From assembly GCA_947040465.1 (NCBI GenBank), contig CAMRBO010000001.1:112-64111 (forward strand): a stretch of DNA of 64,000 nucleotides, written 5' to 3'. The notes below the pieces were generated by a model. That model was given only the letters and a program-made list of their open reading frames with translations, was not told the DNA's origin and searched no databases. A program made the translations under genes and the position numbers. Below are positions 14,881-28,163 of the stretch, piece after piece (position 1 is the first letter of the stretch; the number at the start of each line of letters is the position of its first letter). Origin of the DNA: an uncultured Mycoplasma sp. (GTDB lineage: Bacteria; Bacillota_I; Bacilli_A; Mycoplasmatales; Metamycoplasmataceae).

Positions 14881-17800
14881 TTCTTTTTTGGAAAACTGCT
14901 CTTTATTCACTAAAGAGTTTATCTCATGAATAATTTTTCCTTTGTTAATGATTCAATTCAATTCATTAATTTTTATTACTGGATATTTTTTAATCAATAA
15001 AAAGTTTTTTAAATCTCTATCTACAACATAATCTTCATACGAATTAAAATAAGAAAAATTATCCACTAAAAAACCTTGAATAAATTTTTTGGACAATTTA
15101 TCAATAATTACTAAATCTATTTTCATTGTTCCTATTGAAAAATTTTTTATCACTTCTACTCCATGCAAATTATCTAATCCATCTTTAACATCACTATAAA
15201 AAGAATCTAGTAAAATATTTTTTGATAATTCAGTTGATGTCTGTTCATTTGTTTTTGTAATTCTTTTAATATAATTTTTCTTTTTATCATCAGAAAAATC
15301 AAGAAATTCTAATCATAATTTAAATGTGGCTATATCTTCGCTTCCACTAGGATTATTAATATCATCCGCTTTGATAGATTTTATAATAATCATTTTATCT
15401 TTCGCTCTTGAAATAGCAACATTAAGCGCATTTTTACCACCTGATTTTGCAACATATGAGGAATGCAACTTAGTATGTTTGTCATAAACAATCGTCATAA
15501 TAACAAGGTCAGCTTCATCTCCTTGAATATTTTCAATATTTCTGATTAATAATTGATTTAACTTCATAGCACTCTCAATTTTAGGATATTCTGTAAAAAT
15601 AAGTTTTTCAATTTGAGTCTGTTGAGATCCATTAAAACACAATAAAATTATTTTTTTATAATTATCAATATTAGCAAGAACTTCTTGTATTGCAACTTCA
15701 ATTTCTACTTGATTTATTGAATCTTGTCAAACTCCATCAACATTTATGACATCTATTGGTGTTATCTTGGTATCTGAATTAACATCCACAACATCTAGTT
15801 CTCCTTTATAAAAAGTTTCCGAATTAAATGTCATAAGTGAGGCATGATTAGAACGATAATTTTTATCCAACAAAATACTATATACACCCTTAGCTGTTGC
15901 AAAATCAAGCAAAGATTCAATGTCTCCAAAATTACTTTTTCCTTCTACTTTTGCCGCGAATCATCTGGTTGGTTGCATTTGTTGATCATCTCCAGCTAAA
16001 ATCTTTATTTTAGCTAAATAAAGAACGGGGATGCCTTTTTCTAAAAATATTTGAGATGATTCATCAAGAATAGCATAATCGAATTCATTACGAGTTCATG
16101 ACCTTAATTCTGTTTCTGGTGTTGAAATAATAATAGGAAATAAGATTTTAACAATATCAGCATGTTTTTTAATGAACTGATTAGGTTCTAAACTTGTTGT
16201 TCTAGCATCTAAGGCGAACGCATTATATTTTAATTTCATAACTTTATCAAATTTTTTAATTTTTTTGAAAATCATTTTTCCTATAACATCTTTTAATTCA
16301 CTTGAATCATTGACTTTATCTTCATATTTATTTAAATCAAATTGGTGTAGTTTGTTAATATCTTTCAAAATTTCTAAATCAATAATTTCTTTGTTTTGGA
16401 CAAAATTATCTAAGTCTAATTTTTTATCTAAAAGATTTGCTTTAATTATTTTGGTGGCTTCTTTTACTTCTGGTGTAGAACGCATTAATAAATTTCATTT
16501 TAAGTTATTTTTATTCATTAGAAATTTAGCAATATTTTTGTTTTCTTGTAATTTCAAAAAATCATACTTTAAATTTGCTGGCAGTTTTTTGATATCTTCA
16601 AATACCTTTATGTCAAATTTATTTTCTGACAAATATCAAGAAAATAATCTCATATTTTCTTCTCCTATAGGCGAAGACTTAATCTTATGAACTAACTTCA
16701 TAAATTCTTTTTCATAATCTGAAATTATTTTAATTGGGTTTTGAATAATATCATTGTTAAAATTTTCTAAGTAATCTATATATGATTTAATGGGTGTATA
16801 AAAAGATTTTTTATTCATATCTTTGTCATTAAGAATAAATAAACAAAATATTCCTAATTCTTCCATTCTGTTTTTCAAAACTTCAAGAGCCGCTTTTTTT
16901 TGAGATGCCACAATCGCTGTTTTGTCATACACCAAAATGTTTGTAATTATATTAGAAATAGTTTGTGATTTACCAGTACCTGGTGGACCTCAAATGATGG
17001 TGTTCTGATTCAAAGCTGAAACAACAGCTTTATCTTGAGAAAGATTAGAATGTTGAGTTTTATAGAAACCAAAATTTTTCTTAAACATCGCTGATTTAAT
17101 TGTATTTTTATAAATATTTTTATCAAACTCAATATCCAATATTTCATCAATAATTCCACTCTCAATAATTTCTACCATTATTTTTCTTAAATAACCGCCT
17201 GTAGGTTCATAAAAACCGAGAGTTACTCCTGGTCAAAATTCAATTTGAGAATTAGTAATTTCATCTGTTTTTAAGTTTGGAGCAAATCCCGAAAGTACTG
17301 ACGGTATTTTAAAATTTTGTGATCAAGATTTTTGAATAGTGTCATAAAGTTCTTTAATAGACATTTTGGAAAAATCAAAATCTGTATCAAACAAGAATCC
17401 ATTAGATTCTAAAAAATAAATTAATTTTTCATTAATTTTTATATCTCCAATCGAGACCAAAGAAACATTTGAATTCTTTATTTTGATATTTACTTCTTTT
17501 AAAAACATTGGTGCTTGAATAGATTTTCCATCTATTAAAACTGTTATATAAATAAATCCTAAATGAAGAGGCCAAAGATTGTTTTGTTCATTTATTGTTT
17601 GCGCTTTATTTAAAAGAATTTTTCAATTAAAAGAAGATTTTTGTTTTTTTAATTCTGCACTTTTTATTACTTCTTTTTTAACTGAATCTATTTTTGCATC
17701 AATATTTTTTGTTGACAATATTTTTTGAATTGATTCTGGAATTTCCTCATTGAAAGATTTATATGTGTTTTTTATTTCTAATAAATCTGATGACTCATTT

Positions 17801-18051
17801 ATTTTTTTGGTAAAAGAAGATATATCTGTTTCAGTTAAAGAAAGTAAAAAAAATTCATTTATGATTATTTTATCAAAAAAAACATTGCCAAATTTCTTAG
17901 CTACATCAAAAGAATTTTTGTTATTAATATTAGAAAATAAACAAGAATCATTTATAGAAATATTCAATAAATTATTTAATATTTTTTTATAATCCTTTGT
18001 ACTATGTTTTGGGGACTGTATCTTCTGATTATCATTTTTGTTTATACTCAT
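14860..18051 (-). CDS. DUF4011-like N-terminus, SF1 (UPF1-like) helicase and C-terminal Vsr/REase-like domain, ~1063 aa
   Basis: Eight track fragments share one frame. Motifs WGPPGTGKSQT, ILDESSQ, AGDDQQMQP, NYRS, IENIQGDEAD, LNVAISRAK and a C-terminal IGTMKIDLVI. Alternative start at 18066. Confidence 0.85.
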
Positions 18052-18096
18052 TAAAATATTATACATAATAAAATCAATAAGTTATAATATAAGGAC

Positions 18097-18684
18097 GTGA
18101 AAAATAACCTAATTTTAAAAGATATTTCCATAGCTGGAATCCTTATGGGTTTAATTAATATTTTGAATTTAATATTCTCTCTTTTCCCAATTATAATGGG
18201 ATATTCAATAAACTTTTATATTGTTTTTTTTGCGCTTGGTTTAATTATCATTAAGACCAATGTGATTAAAGCAACTTTTTTTATTTTAACTCCTTTTGTT
18301 TTGCTTTTATATCCTAATGTTTATTGAATAAACATAGTACAAGTAATGATAGAATATTTTTTTTCTATTTGATGTTTTTTCCCTTTTGTTTTTGGTAATT
18401 ACATAATAAATAAATTGAATAAATATAAGAACAAAAAAAATCTTAAATTATTGGTGTTTTCAATCATTTTTATTTTTTGTTGAATCATAAAATTAGTGCT
18501 TCATACTATTGCTGGATATTTTTGATGAACTAATCAAAATTGATTTGGTTCATTTTTAATCAATTTACCAATTATTGCTTCAAATATATTATTAACTATT
18601 CCTGTTTTTATCTTGATTTTTAATAGAACAATTGAATTATCAAAAACATACTATTTAAACATTTGAAATGATGTAAAAGTGTAA
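18097..18684 (+). CDS. ECF transporter S-component, ThiT-like
   Basis: 195-aa protein with ~6 TM helices; IVQVMIEY and LHTIAGYFWW resemble ThiT family motifs. GTG start. Confidence 0.6.
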
Positions 18685-18714
18685 TATAATTGAATTAATA
18701 AAGTAGGAGTTAAT

Positions 18715-20172
<1,458 letters not shown>

Positions 20173-20184
20173 TTGATTCCACAA

Positions 20185-21017
20185 ATGAAAAAAAATTATT
20201 TATTTTTGATTTAGAAGGAATTTTATTAAATCAAAATGGAATAATCAATGATGAAATAATCAATGAAATGAAAAGAATAAACGATAAAAAACATTTTATA
20301 ACCATTGTAACTAGTAGAAGTTATAAAGAGTCAATGCCACATTTGAAAGTTGTGAAAAATTTAATTAATTTTTTTATTGGAAATAATGGAGCAGTATTAG
20401 TTGATAATATTAAAAATAACCTTTTAAAAACCCCAAAAACAATAAGTTTAGAATTTATTAATAGTATTATAAAAGATGTTGAATTATTGGGAGGAACTAT
20501 TCAAATTATTACTAGTAAAAAAATATATATCGATTCTCATATTAATTCTTTGAAAGATAATTCTTTACTACAAAAAAGTATGATCACAACAAATACAATT
20601 CCTGTTTCTAAATATGAAATTGGGGCTATTCAAGTACATAAAAATGAAGTGATACAATTAACAGTTGTTATCAATAGTGATTTAATACAAGAATTATTAA
20701 TTTATTTTAAAAAGTTTTATACTTCTGATTATGACTTTAATATATCATCTGATATTACAATAGACATTAATGTTTCAGGAGTAAATAAATATGAAGGTGT
20801 CAAAACATTAATATCACTTTATAACATCAATATTAAAAACATTTTTTGCTTTGGGAATATGGAAAGTGATATTGAATTAATGAAAAACATTAAAAATACT
20901 TATGCATTAGAAAACTCTGCACCCATAATCAAAGAGTTGGCAAAAAACATAATCAATGTAGGAGATACAAAAACAATAGTTTGTGAAGTCCAAAAAATAT
21001 TAAAAAATGAATTATAA
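20185..21017 (+). pseudogene. Cof-like HAD hydrolase with its ATG out of frame at an A8 tract and degenerate catalytic motifs
   Basis: ATG 20185 plus A8 (20188-20195) stops after 9 codons. One extra A gives MKKKLFIFDLEG in frame with ORF 20268-21017. Motif I reads DLEG and motif IV reads GNMESD. Confidence 0.6.
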
Positions 21018-21845
21018 AACTTTTTCTTTAATAAAATTATAAATACCGTCTTCATCATTACTTTTAGTAATATATGTAGCAACTTTTTTAAGATCATTAA
21101 CAGCATTTCCCATAGCAACGGAGTACTTTACTGTTTGGAACATTGGTATATCATTATTTGCATCACCAAACGCAAGTGTTTTATCAAGATCTAAAGATAA
21201 TAAGTTAGCAATATATTTTATACCCACTCCTTTAGAAGAGTGAGAAGGTATAATATCTAAAATATCTTCTTGCGATTGCACCAATTTACAAGATGTGATT
21301 TCCTTTTCAAATAATAAATATAACTTATCAATCAAATCTTTTTCTAAGCTAAAAGTAGGAATTAAAAATTTTACAATATTGTGGTTTTCTAAATTATATG
21401 AATCATCAATTTTTGTAAGGTTTCATTTATATTCATTATCCAATATAGAGATTCTGTCCTTTAAATATTTAATTCATGTATTACTTTCAGAACAATTATA
21501 ATACATTTCTTTATCTGTATAAATAAGATATGGTAAGTTGTTTTTCTTTAAAAAAAACTCTATTTTTTGCGCTGATGGATAATCTATTTTCTCAATGTTT
21601 ATTATTTTATTTTCGTTTGTGTTGATAATCATTCCACCATTAACACAGATAACTAATTCATGAATATTCAATAATTTTAATTCTTGTTTAATCATATATG
21701 GAGGTCTACCGGTAGCTACAAATATATTTATATTTTTGTTTTGCAAATCTTTTATAATTGTTGTTGTTGTTGAAGATATTAATTTATCACTTCTCAAAGC
21801 TGTTCCATCAAGGTCTATAAAAATGTTTTCTATATTTAATTTCAT
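21012..21845 (-). CDS. Cof-type HAD-IIB hydrolase
   Basis: DLDGT, ATGR, NGG, SKG, GDANND and VAMGNA are all intact. Confidence 0.92.
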
Positions 21846-21865
21846 ATTTCTATTATACTTTAAAA

Positions 21866-22189
21866 TTATTTTTGTGGAGAAGGTATTACATGAATATGTG
21901 TATGAAAAACAACTTGTTTAGAAGACGCCTCATTATTCACAATTATTCTAAAACCATCAACATTTTGTTTTTTAATTTCTTTTAAAGCTAACTTTCTAGC
22001 CATATAAAAACAATATTTCAATTCTTTGTTTTTCATTGTTATTAAATTTCGGGAAAATGTTTTAGGAACAACTAAAAAATGTCCTTTTTGTGATGGATTA
22101 ATATCATAAAATGCAATTATCTTTTTATTTTCAAATAAAATGTCTGCGTCTATTTCTTTATTGATTATTTGTAAGAATAATTTTTCCAT
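21866..22189 (-). CDS. hinT: HIT family protein HinT
   Basis: GHFLVVPK and the histidine triad HTHIHVIP. Confidence 0.92.
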   Translation of the reverse strand: MEKLFLQIINKEIDADILFENKKIIAFYDINPSQKGHFLVVPKTFSRNLITMKNKELKYCFYMARKLALKEIKKQNVDGFRIIVNNEASSKQVVFHTHIHVIPSPQK

Positions 22190-24063
22190 TATGATGTTTT
22201 TGGTGGTATCGATGGTGTTGGGTCTACATAATCTGGTTTATTAGTTACAACCAAAATTCCTAATTCTGCTAAAATGTCATCAACCTGTGGAATAGGTTTT
22301 CCTTCTAAGGTAGCTCTTTCTAAAGATATATCATTCAATACTAAAATAGATTTTATTTCATTCAATAATTCTGCATCATTCATATAAAGAGAAAACGCAA
22401 GATTTTCAAGTTTTTGTTGGTTTGCTGGTAATTTAGCTCAAGGGGTTTCATCCATTGTAAATTTTCCAATAGCTTTTGATTCCCCATTGATTTCAATTGT
22501 TTCTTTTATTTCATTTTGATCATCATCTCAAACAAAACGAGGCAATAATCTTATGTAGTAAGTTACATTAACTTTATTTTCCACAATGGGGTTAATGCCT
22601 GGTTTTTGCCTTTTGCCAAATGAAGAATCAAAAGTTCAAGTATAATTTTCAGATAATTCTGATTCAATATTTGCTTCTGCAGGATTACTCTTTTGATCTC
22701 AAGAAACAGTTACATCGTATGGATAACCTTTATATTCCATTTGAACATTAATGGTTTGTCGAGAACTTGTTCCTAATATTGGCACAATTTTATCCACCGT
22801 ATATAACGGGTCTATTTCAGCCTCTCCTTTTCCTCCAATTAACAAGTCCGCTTTAGTTATTTGTGTTGAATTCTTACGAGTTGTTTTCGTATCAATTTTA
22901 AGACTAACGGATTGCAAAGGAGGTTTCTCTTGGGACAAAGTTTCTTTCAATGCTAAATCATCATAAGAATTTAACTTTTTGGTCTCTGAATTTCATAATC
23001 CCGAATATGTTGATCCAAAACCGATCATTGCGTCAATGCTTGTGGCTAAATCTCCATCTCCTGATGGAGATGATAATTCAATTGCAGAATTATAACCGTA
23101 AAAGTCGATAGCAAACTTATCAAATTCTTTATCACCACTGTTGACAATTAAATCTTTTGAAAATATCGTTTTAGGAGAAGATGGTGTTCCTACTTGTTCA
23201 CCTTGTCACAATTTGTTATATTGGCTTGGTTTAGATATTGTTGTGTTCGTGTTATCAATAATATTATCTGGATTTTCAGAAGTATAATTTCATTTTATTT
23301 TAGGGGTTTTTGTTACTAAGTATTTTTCAAGAAAATATGTTGGACTTTTAACGTCAAAACTATTTGCAGTCCAATGTTCAAGAGTATTAATATCACCTTT
23401 CATCACTTCATTATAATTTGTTCCTCTTTTAATTATATTTTCTGTCGTTGAAGTAAAATAAAATTGTGCAATCATCATATTTAATAATTCTGTTTGGATT
23501 CCTGTTTGAACTTCTTTATAAAGACTTAAAAAATCATCGTGGAAAGTTGTAGCGTTGTCTTCATTAGAAGAATATCCATATGGTGGATCAAATGATTCTA
23601 ACCCTTCAAATTTTTGTTTTCAAATTACACTTTGATTTATGAAATATTCTAAATCTGCAGATGATTTTCAAGATGTATAAAATTTGTATGCATTAAACAA
23701 TTTATTTAAAATATCTTCTGCTAATAATGCTTCAGTAGCAAATCCACCCATTAGAGTAATGTCTTTCAATTCTGATTCATCAAATTTCTTTAAATAACCC
23801 ATAATCTTATCTTTTTGTTTATATTCAAAAACACTTGTGTCTGTATTAACATTTGTATCAAGAGATACCAAATAAAGATGAGCGAAAGCCTCTCTAGATC
23901 AAATATTTGAATATGTCTCTTTAGCTTCAGGAGATGTTAATGCTTCTATTTGAGCAGCTAAGTCAACATCAGGTTCTACTATTGAACATGATGTTACAGT
24001 TGTTACCAAAAGAGGAATCGATACAATTGAAGGTATTAATAATATTTTTTTAATATTTAACAT
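22189..24063 (-). CDS. Lipoprotein, P60-like (HinT-interacting membrane complex)
   Basis: Signal peptide with lipobox VTSC, one code-4 frame, and stop overlapping the hinT start. Order matches the known P80-P60-hinT operon of hominis-group mycoplasmas. Confidence 0.75.
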
Positions 24064-24065
24064 TT

Positions 24066-26384
24066 TTATGCCTCCTCTACTACTTTAATTTTAATTGTTA
24101 TAATTTTTTTTAATTTATCATAAAATTCTGATTCAATTAATTGTTGTCCTTTCAAAGAACCGTTTTTATAACTCAAACCATTCTTGAATTCCATCAAAAC
24201 CATTTCTGTGGTTGTATCTATTATTTCTTCAAAGTCATAACTATTCATAGGTTTGATTATTTCTTCTAAATATAAAGGTAATCCAGATAATGCACTTGTT
24301 ATATCAGGAGTTATAACATTTTCTACATTATTGGTCAAGTATTTTTTTACATCTTTAACACGTTGTTCATCGGTAATTTCTGGTTTATTTGGTATGGGAT
24401 CTAAATCAAAAACAGTACGATCTCCTATTTCCATTAAATTAATTATATCAGGAGTTGCTATTTTATTGTATTCAGTAGCTATATCATATAATACAACTTT
24501 ACCTGGATTATTTATAACATCAATTGTATTTTGAATATCGCTCATTAACATTTTTTGAGCAGGGTTGTTAATATCGATGTTGTCATAAAGTTTTTGAATA
24601 TTGTAAATTATAAGCCCTTTTGCATCTACATACAAAAAAGTACCTGGTTCTAATTGATAAGTGGTTCATTTTTTTCCATCTATTGGTTTTTCATCCGTTC
24701 CAGTAGTTGTCCCAAAAGATGAACTCAATAGAGGATTAAAAAAAATGGTAAAATCTTTCGAAGGGATTTTTTCTATAAGTTTGATAGTGTCCTTATTAAA
24801 TTTTGCTATTCCAGATTCGAATGATTCTGGTATTATAGAAACTTTACCCTCTAAAACCACAAAATGTAATTTTAAATGCTCAATTAATTTTGATATAGCC
24901 ACTTGTCCTGCATCTGGAGGGGATGTTAAAATCTTTTTCAAAAAAAGATTTATTGGATTGCTCACGTCCATTTTAAATAGTGCATCATTTTCAATGGTGG
25001 GAGCAATATCTGCAGATATTGCTGCAATATTAAAAGATCTCTTTTCATTTGCTGCACCTTCTTCACCAGACGTGATTAATGTTGATAATGACGTAACTTT
25101 TGATGAGCCCAAACTCGATCCAGTTGTTGCGGGTTCCCTGGTGGTTTGATCACCTTCAGGAGAAGTAGACTCGGAGGACATAATATTCAAAATTGCTTTG
25201 TCTGTATTTTGTTCTGTTAGCGAAGAATTTGAATTAGCTCCCTTGAAATTAGAAATAGATGTAAAGGGAGTAATTATATCACCGCCCTCTATTCTATTGG
25301 CTGTAAATAACTTTATTAATAGTTCTGGAGTTACCACTAAATCTAAGTCTGAGTTTTCAGAATTTTGAACAAAAGGAATTGAAACACTACTAATATTAGC
25401 AGACTTATAATAATCATTATATAACTTAGGTAAATGTGTGGCTGCATTTCTCTCTGTTGGAACATATGATTTTGATTGATAAACTGAAATATTAACTTCT
25501 GATGGAGGTGTTGTAGGGTTAACATTTGTGGGTTTAGCATAATTTTGTGTTTCAATAAAAAAATCACTCAATAATCGAGTTCCTGCAAGTATTGTGCCTG
25601 TAGTTTCATCATCCAATTTATACGAAATGTTTGATTCAGCCCTTAAAGTCAAATCAGCCATTGTCCAAGAAGTAGTATTTATTTCTGTTGTATTATATCT
25701 TGCAAATGCTGCAGCTCTAGTGGCTTCAGTTACTAAAAAATTAACAGCCTCTTTTTCAGTACTAGAATTACCATATGTTTCTGTTTTTAATTCTGCTTTT
25801 CACTTTGTTTGTCATTCAGTAGGATATGATTCTCTCATAGCTTTTTTAGCTTTATCTAATTCTTTCGTTTTTTTGTTTACTACTTCTTTATACGGAACAG
25901 AAACATCAACTCCAAAAGTTGTTGATCCAACCCTATCATCAGTATCCTTATATTTGGTGGCGTTAATAAATGCTTCAAACTTTAAAAAAGCATCTCTTTC
26001 TTCATCATAAAGTTCTTTCACTATTGCAGTTTCTATAACTTCAGCATCTTTTTGAGCTTGAACTTCTTTAGTTGGTTTATCAGTCAAATCATCCAAAGAT
26101 GGTCCATTTGGAAAAATTGGTGATGTTGTATCACCATATGCTAATTGAGTTACATATTGAACTCCAGCTATCCCTAAAGGAACACCAATACCTACAGCAA
26201 GCAATGTAATTATGGCAGCTCCGAAAAGGAATTTCACCCTTCTATCCTTTGGATTAACATCAACATTACCATAAGAAATATTAGAGGTAGTGTTAATTCC
26301 GGTGATTTTTTTTGAAAATGGTTTTTTGTGTGTAGAAACTTTTTTTTCACGTGGTGATTTTTTTTCTTTTTTATCTTTTTTCAC
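24066..26384 (-). CDS. Membrane protein, P80-like (HinT-interacting complex), 772 aa
   Basis: GTG start with AAAGGA SD, basic N-terminus, one TM (AAIITLLAVGIGVPLG), late YVDAKGL motif, and position upstream of P60/hinT. Confidence 0.72.
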
Positions 26385-26507
26385 AGAATTCCTTTCATCA
26401 GTGTTTGAATCACATTTTTATTAAATTTATAAAAATTATATCATTTTTTATATTTCTTCTAAAAAATTATATTAAACAAGATTTTATTACTATAATATTA
26501 TTTACAT

Positions 26508-27227
26508 ATGATAAATGAACTTAATAATAATTATAAAGAGGTTTTTGCAAAGTTTTTGTCAATTTGTGATGATAATAATTTGTGATATTCTTTGGCGAAC
26601 AACACTTTATTGAGCGCCAAGACAAATAATAATTATTTTGAAAATATTGATATTATGGAAGTTTTTGTCACAAATGAAACCTTCATTTTTTTAAAGTCAA
26701 ATTATAAAAATAACTTGATTGATTTTACATGTTCTGATAACTTCTATTTGTCTACACCATTTTTTTACATTAAAAATAATAATAAATTTATAAAAATAAT
26801 AATAATTGTTCCAACCACTATTAAACAAGTGGATAAATTTTATAAACTGAAGAATAAAATAAAATTTAACTACTCTAATTTACTTACTTTTAAAAAAGGA
26901 TATAACCTTTCAACTCAATTTTCTTTTTTTTGACTTAAGATGTTTTCCTGTTTTTTTGTGCCTATGGAACAAAATAATTTTTATGATTCTTTATATTCTG
27001 ATAAACACACTGGTTTTTTAGGGATTAACTCATTAAATGAGCAAAGTGCAAAAAATTGATTTCCAAACCTCACATTTAAAGTGGAAAAAGTATTATTTTT
27101 AGATTTGAATGTGAAAATAATTAAAGAATACGATTCTTTTTTAAGCACAAGATATGGTGAAGATTGAAGAAACGGCATAGCAATCAAACCATTGCATTTT
27201 AATTATGAAATAATATTGTTAAATTAA
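26508..27227 (+). CDS. LicD-family-like protein (divergent)
   Basis: ICDDNNLWYSLANNTLLSA resembles the LicD N-terminal motif; C-terminal FLSTRYGEDW. Confidence 0.55.
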
Positions 27228-28162
27228 TAATATTCTGCATATTTAGAATTAATTGAATCAACTTCTAAGTTTTTAGAATTTTTAGTTATTTTGTTTTTTT
27301 GAAAACTTTCTTCACTACTCTTAACCATCTCATCTGAAATTATTTTTGATTTAGACAACTTAATAACTCTTGTTGCATATTTGGCAACATCAGGATCATG
27401 AGAAACCATAATAATGGTTTTTCCTAATTCTTTGTTGATTTTTCTTAAAAGTTCTAAAACGATTTTGCTTGTTTTTTTATCTAAAGCACCTGTAGGTTCA
27501 TCAGCAAAGATAATTTCACTATTTTTAGCTAATGCCCTTAATATTGAAATTCTTTGTTGTTGTCCTCCGGACATTTGAGAAGGATACTTATGTATAACAT
27601 CTATTAAATCAAAGTCTTCAAACATCTTTGTTATATCTTGTTTTTTAGATTTATCTTTTTGTAAATAAACACCAGTCTCAACGTTATCATAACCACTTAA
27701 ATTAGTTAATAAATTGTAACTTTGAAATATAAATGCTAAATTTTCTCTTCTAAATGTTGTTAATTGTGTACTGGATAAATAAGGTAAATTTTGATTACAA
27801 ACTATAAGATCTCCGGATGTTGGTCTATCTAATCCGGACATTAAATTTAGTAAAGTTGTTTTACCCGATCCCGATTTACCAAACAAAATTACAAACTCTC
27901 CGGTTTTAATCGATAGATTTAAATCGGTTAAAACTTTCGTAGAATTTCCTCCTGTCACATAATACTTATTTAAATTTTTGATATCTATAATGTTGGTTTC
28001 CTGATTTATCAAAGATTGATTCTTGTCTTTTTTTCTTTTTTTGTTGTTCGCTTTTTTGATTTCTTTTTTTGTTTTAAAGTCCACTTTTATAATTTGTGAG
28101 TCAGAAATAGATTCGTGGTTTTCCTTATTCTTAAATAAATTATTTAGATGTTTATTGTTCAT
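27224..28162 (-). CDS. ABC transporter ATP-binding protein (LolD/MacB-like)
   Basis: GKSGSGKT, MSGGQQQR and FADEPTGALD. Confidence 0.93.
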   Translation of the reverse strand: MNNKHLNNLFKNKENHESISDSQIIKVDFKTKKEIKKANNKKRKKDKNQSLINQETNIIDIKNLNKYYVTGGNSTKVLTDLNLSIKTGEFVILFGKSGSGKTTLLNLMSGLDRPTSGDLIVCNQNLPYLSSTQLTTFRRENLAFIFQSYNLLTNLSGYDNVETGVYLQKDKSKKQDITKMFEDFDLIDVIHKYPSQMSGGQQQRISILRALAKNSEIIFADEPTGALDKKTSKIVLELLRKINKELGKTIIMVSHDPDVAKYATRVIKLSKSKIISDEMVKSSEESFQKNKITKNSKNLEVDSINSKYAEYY

Positions 28163-28163
28163 T

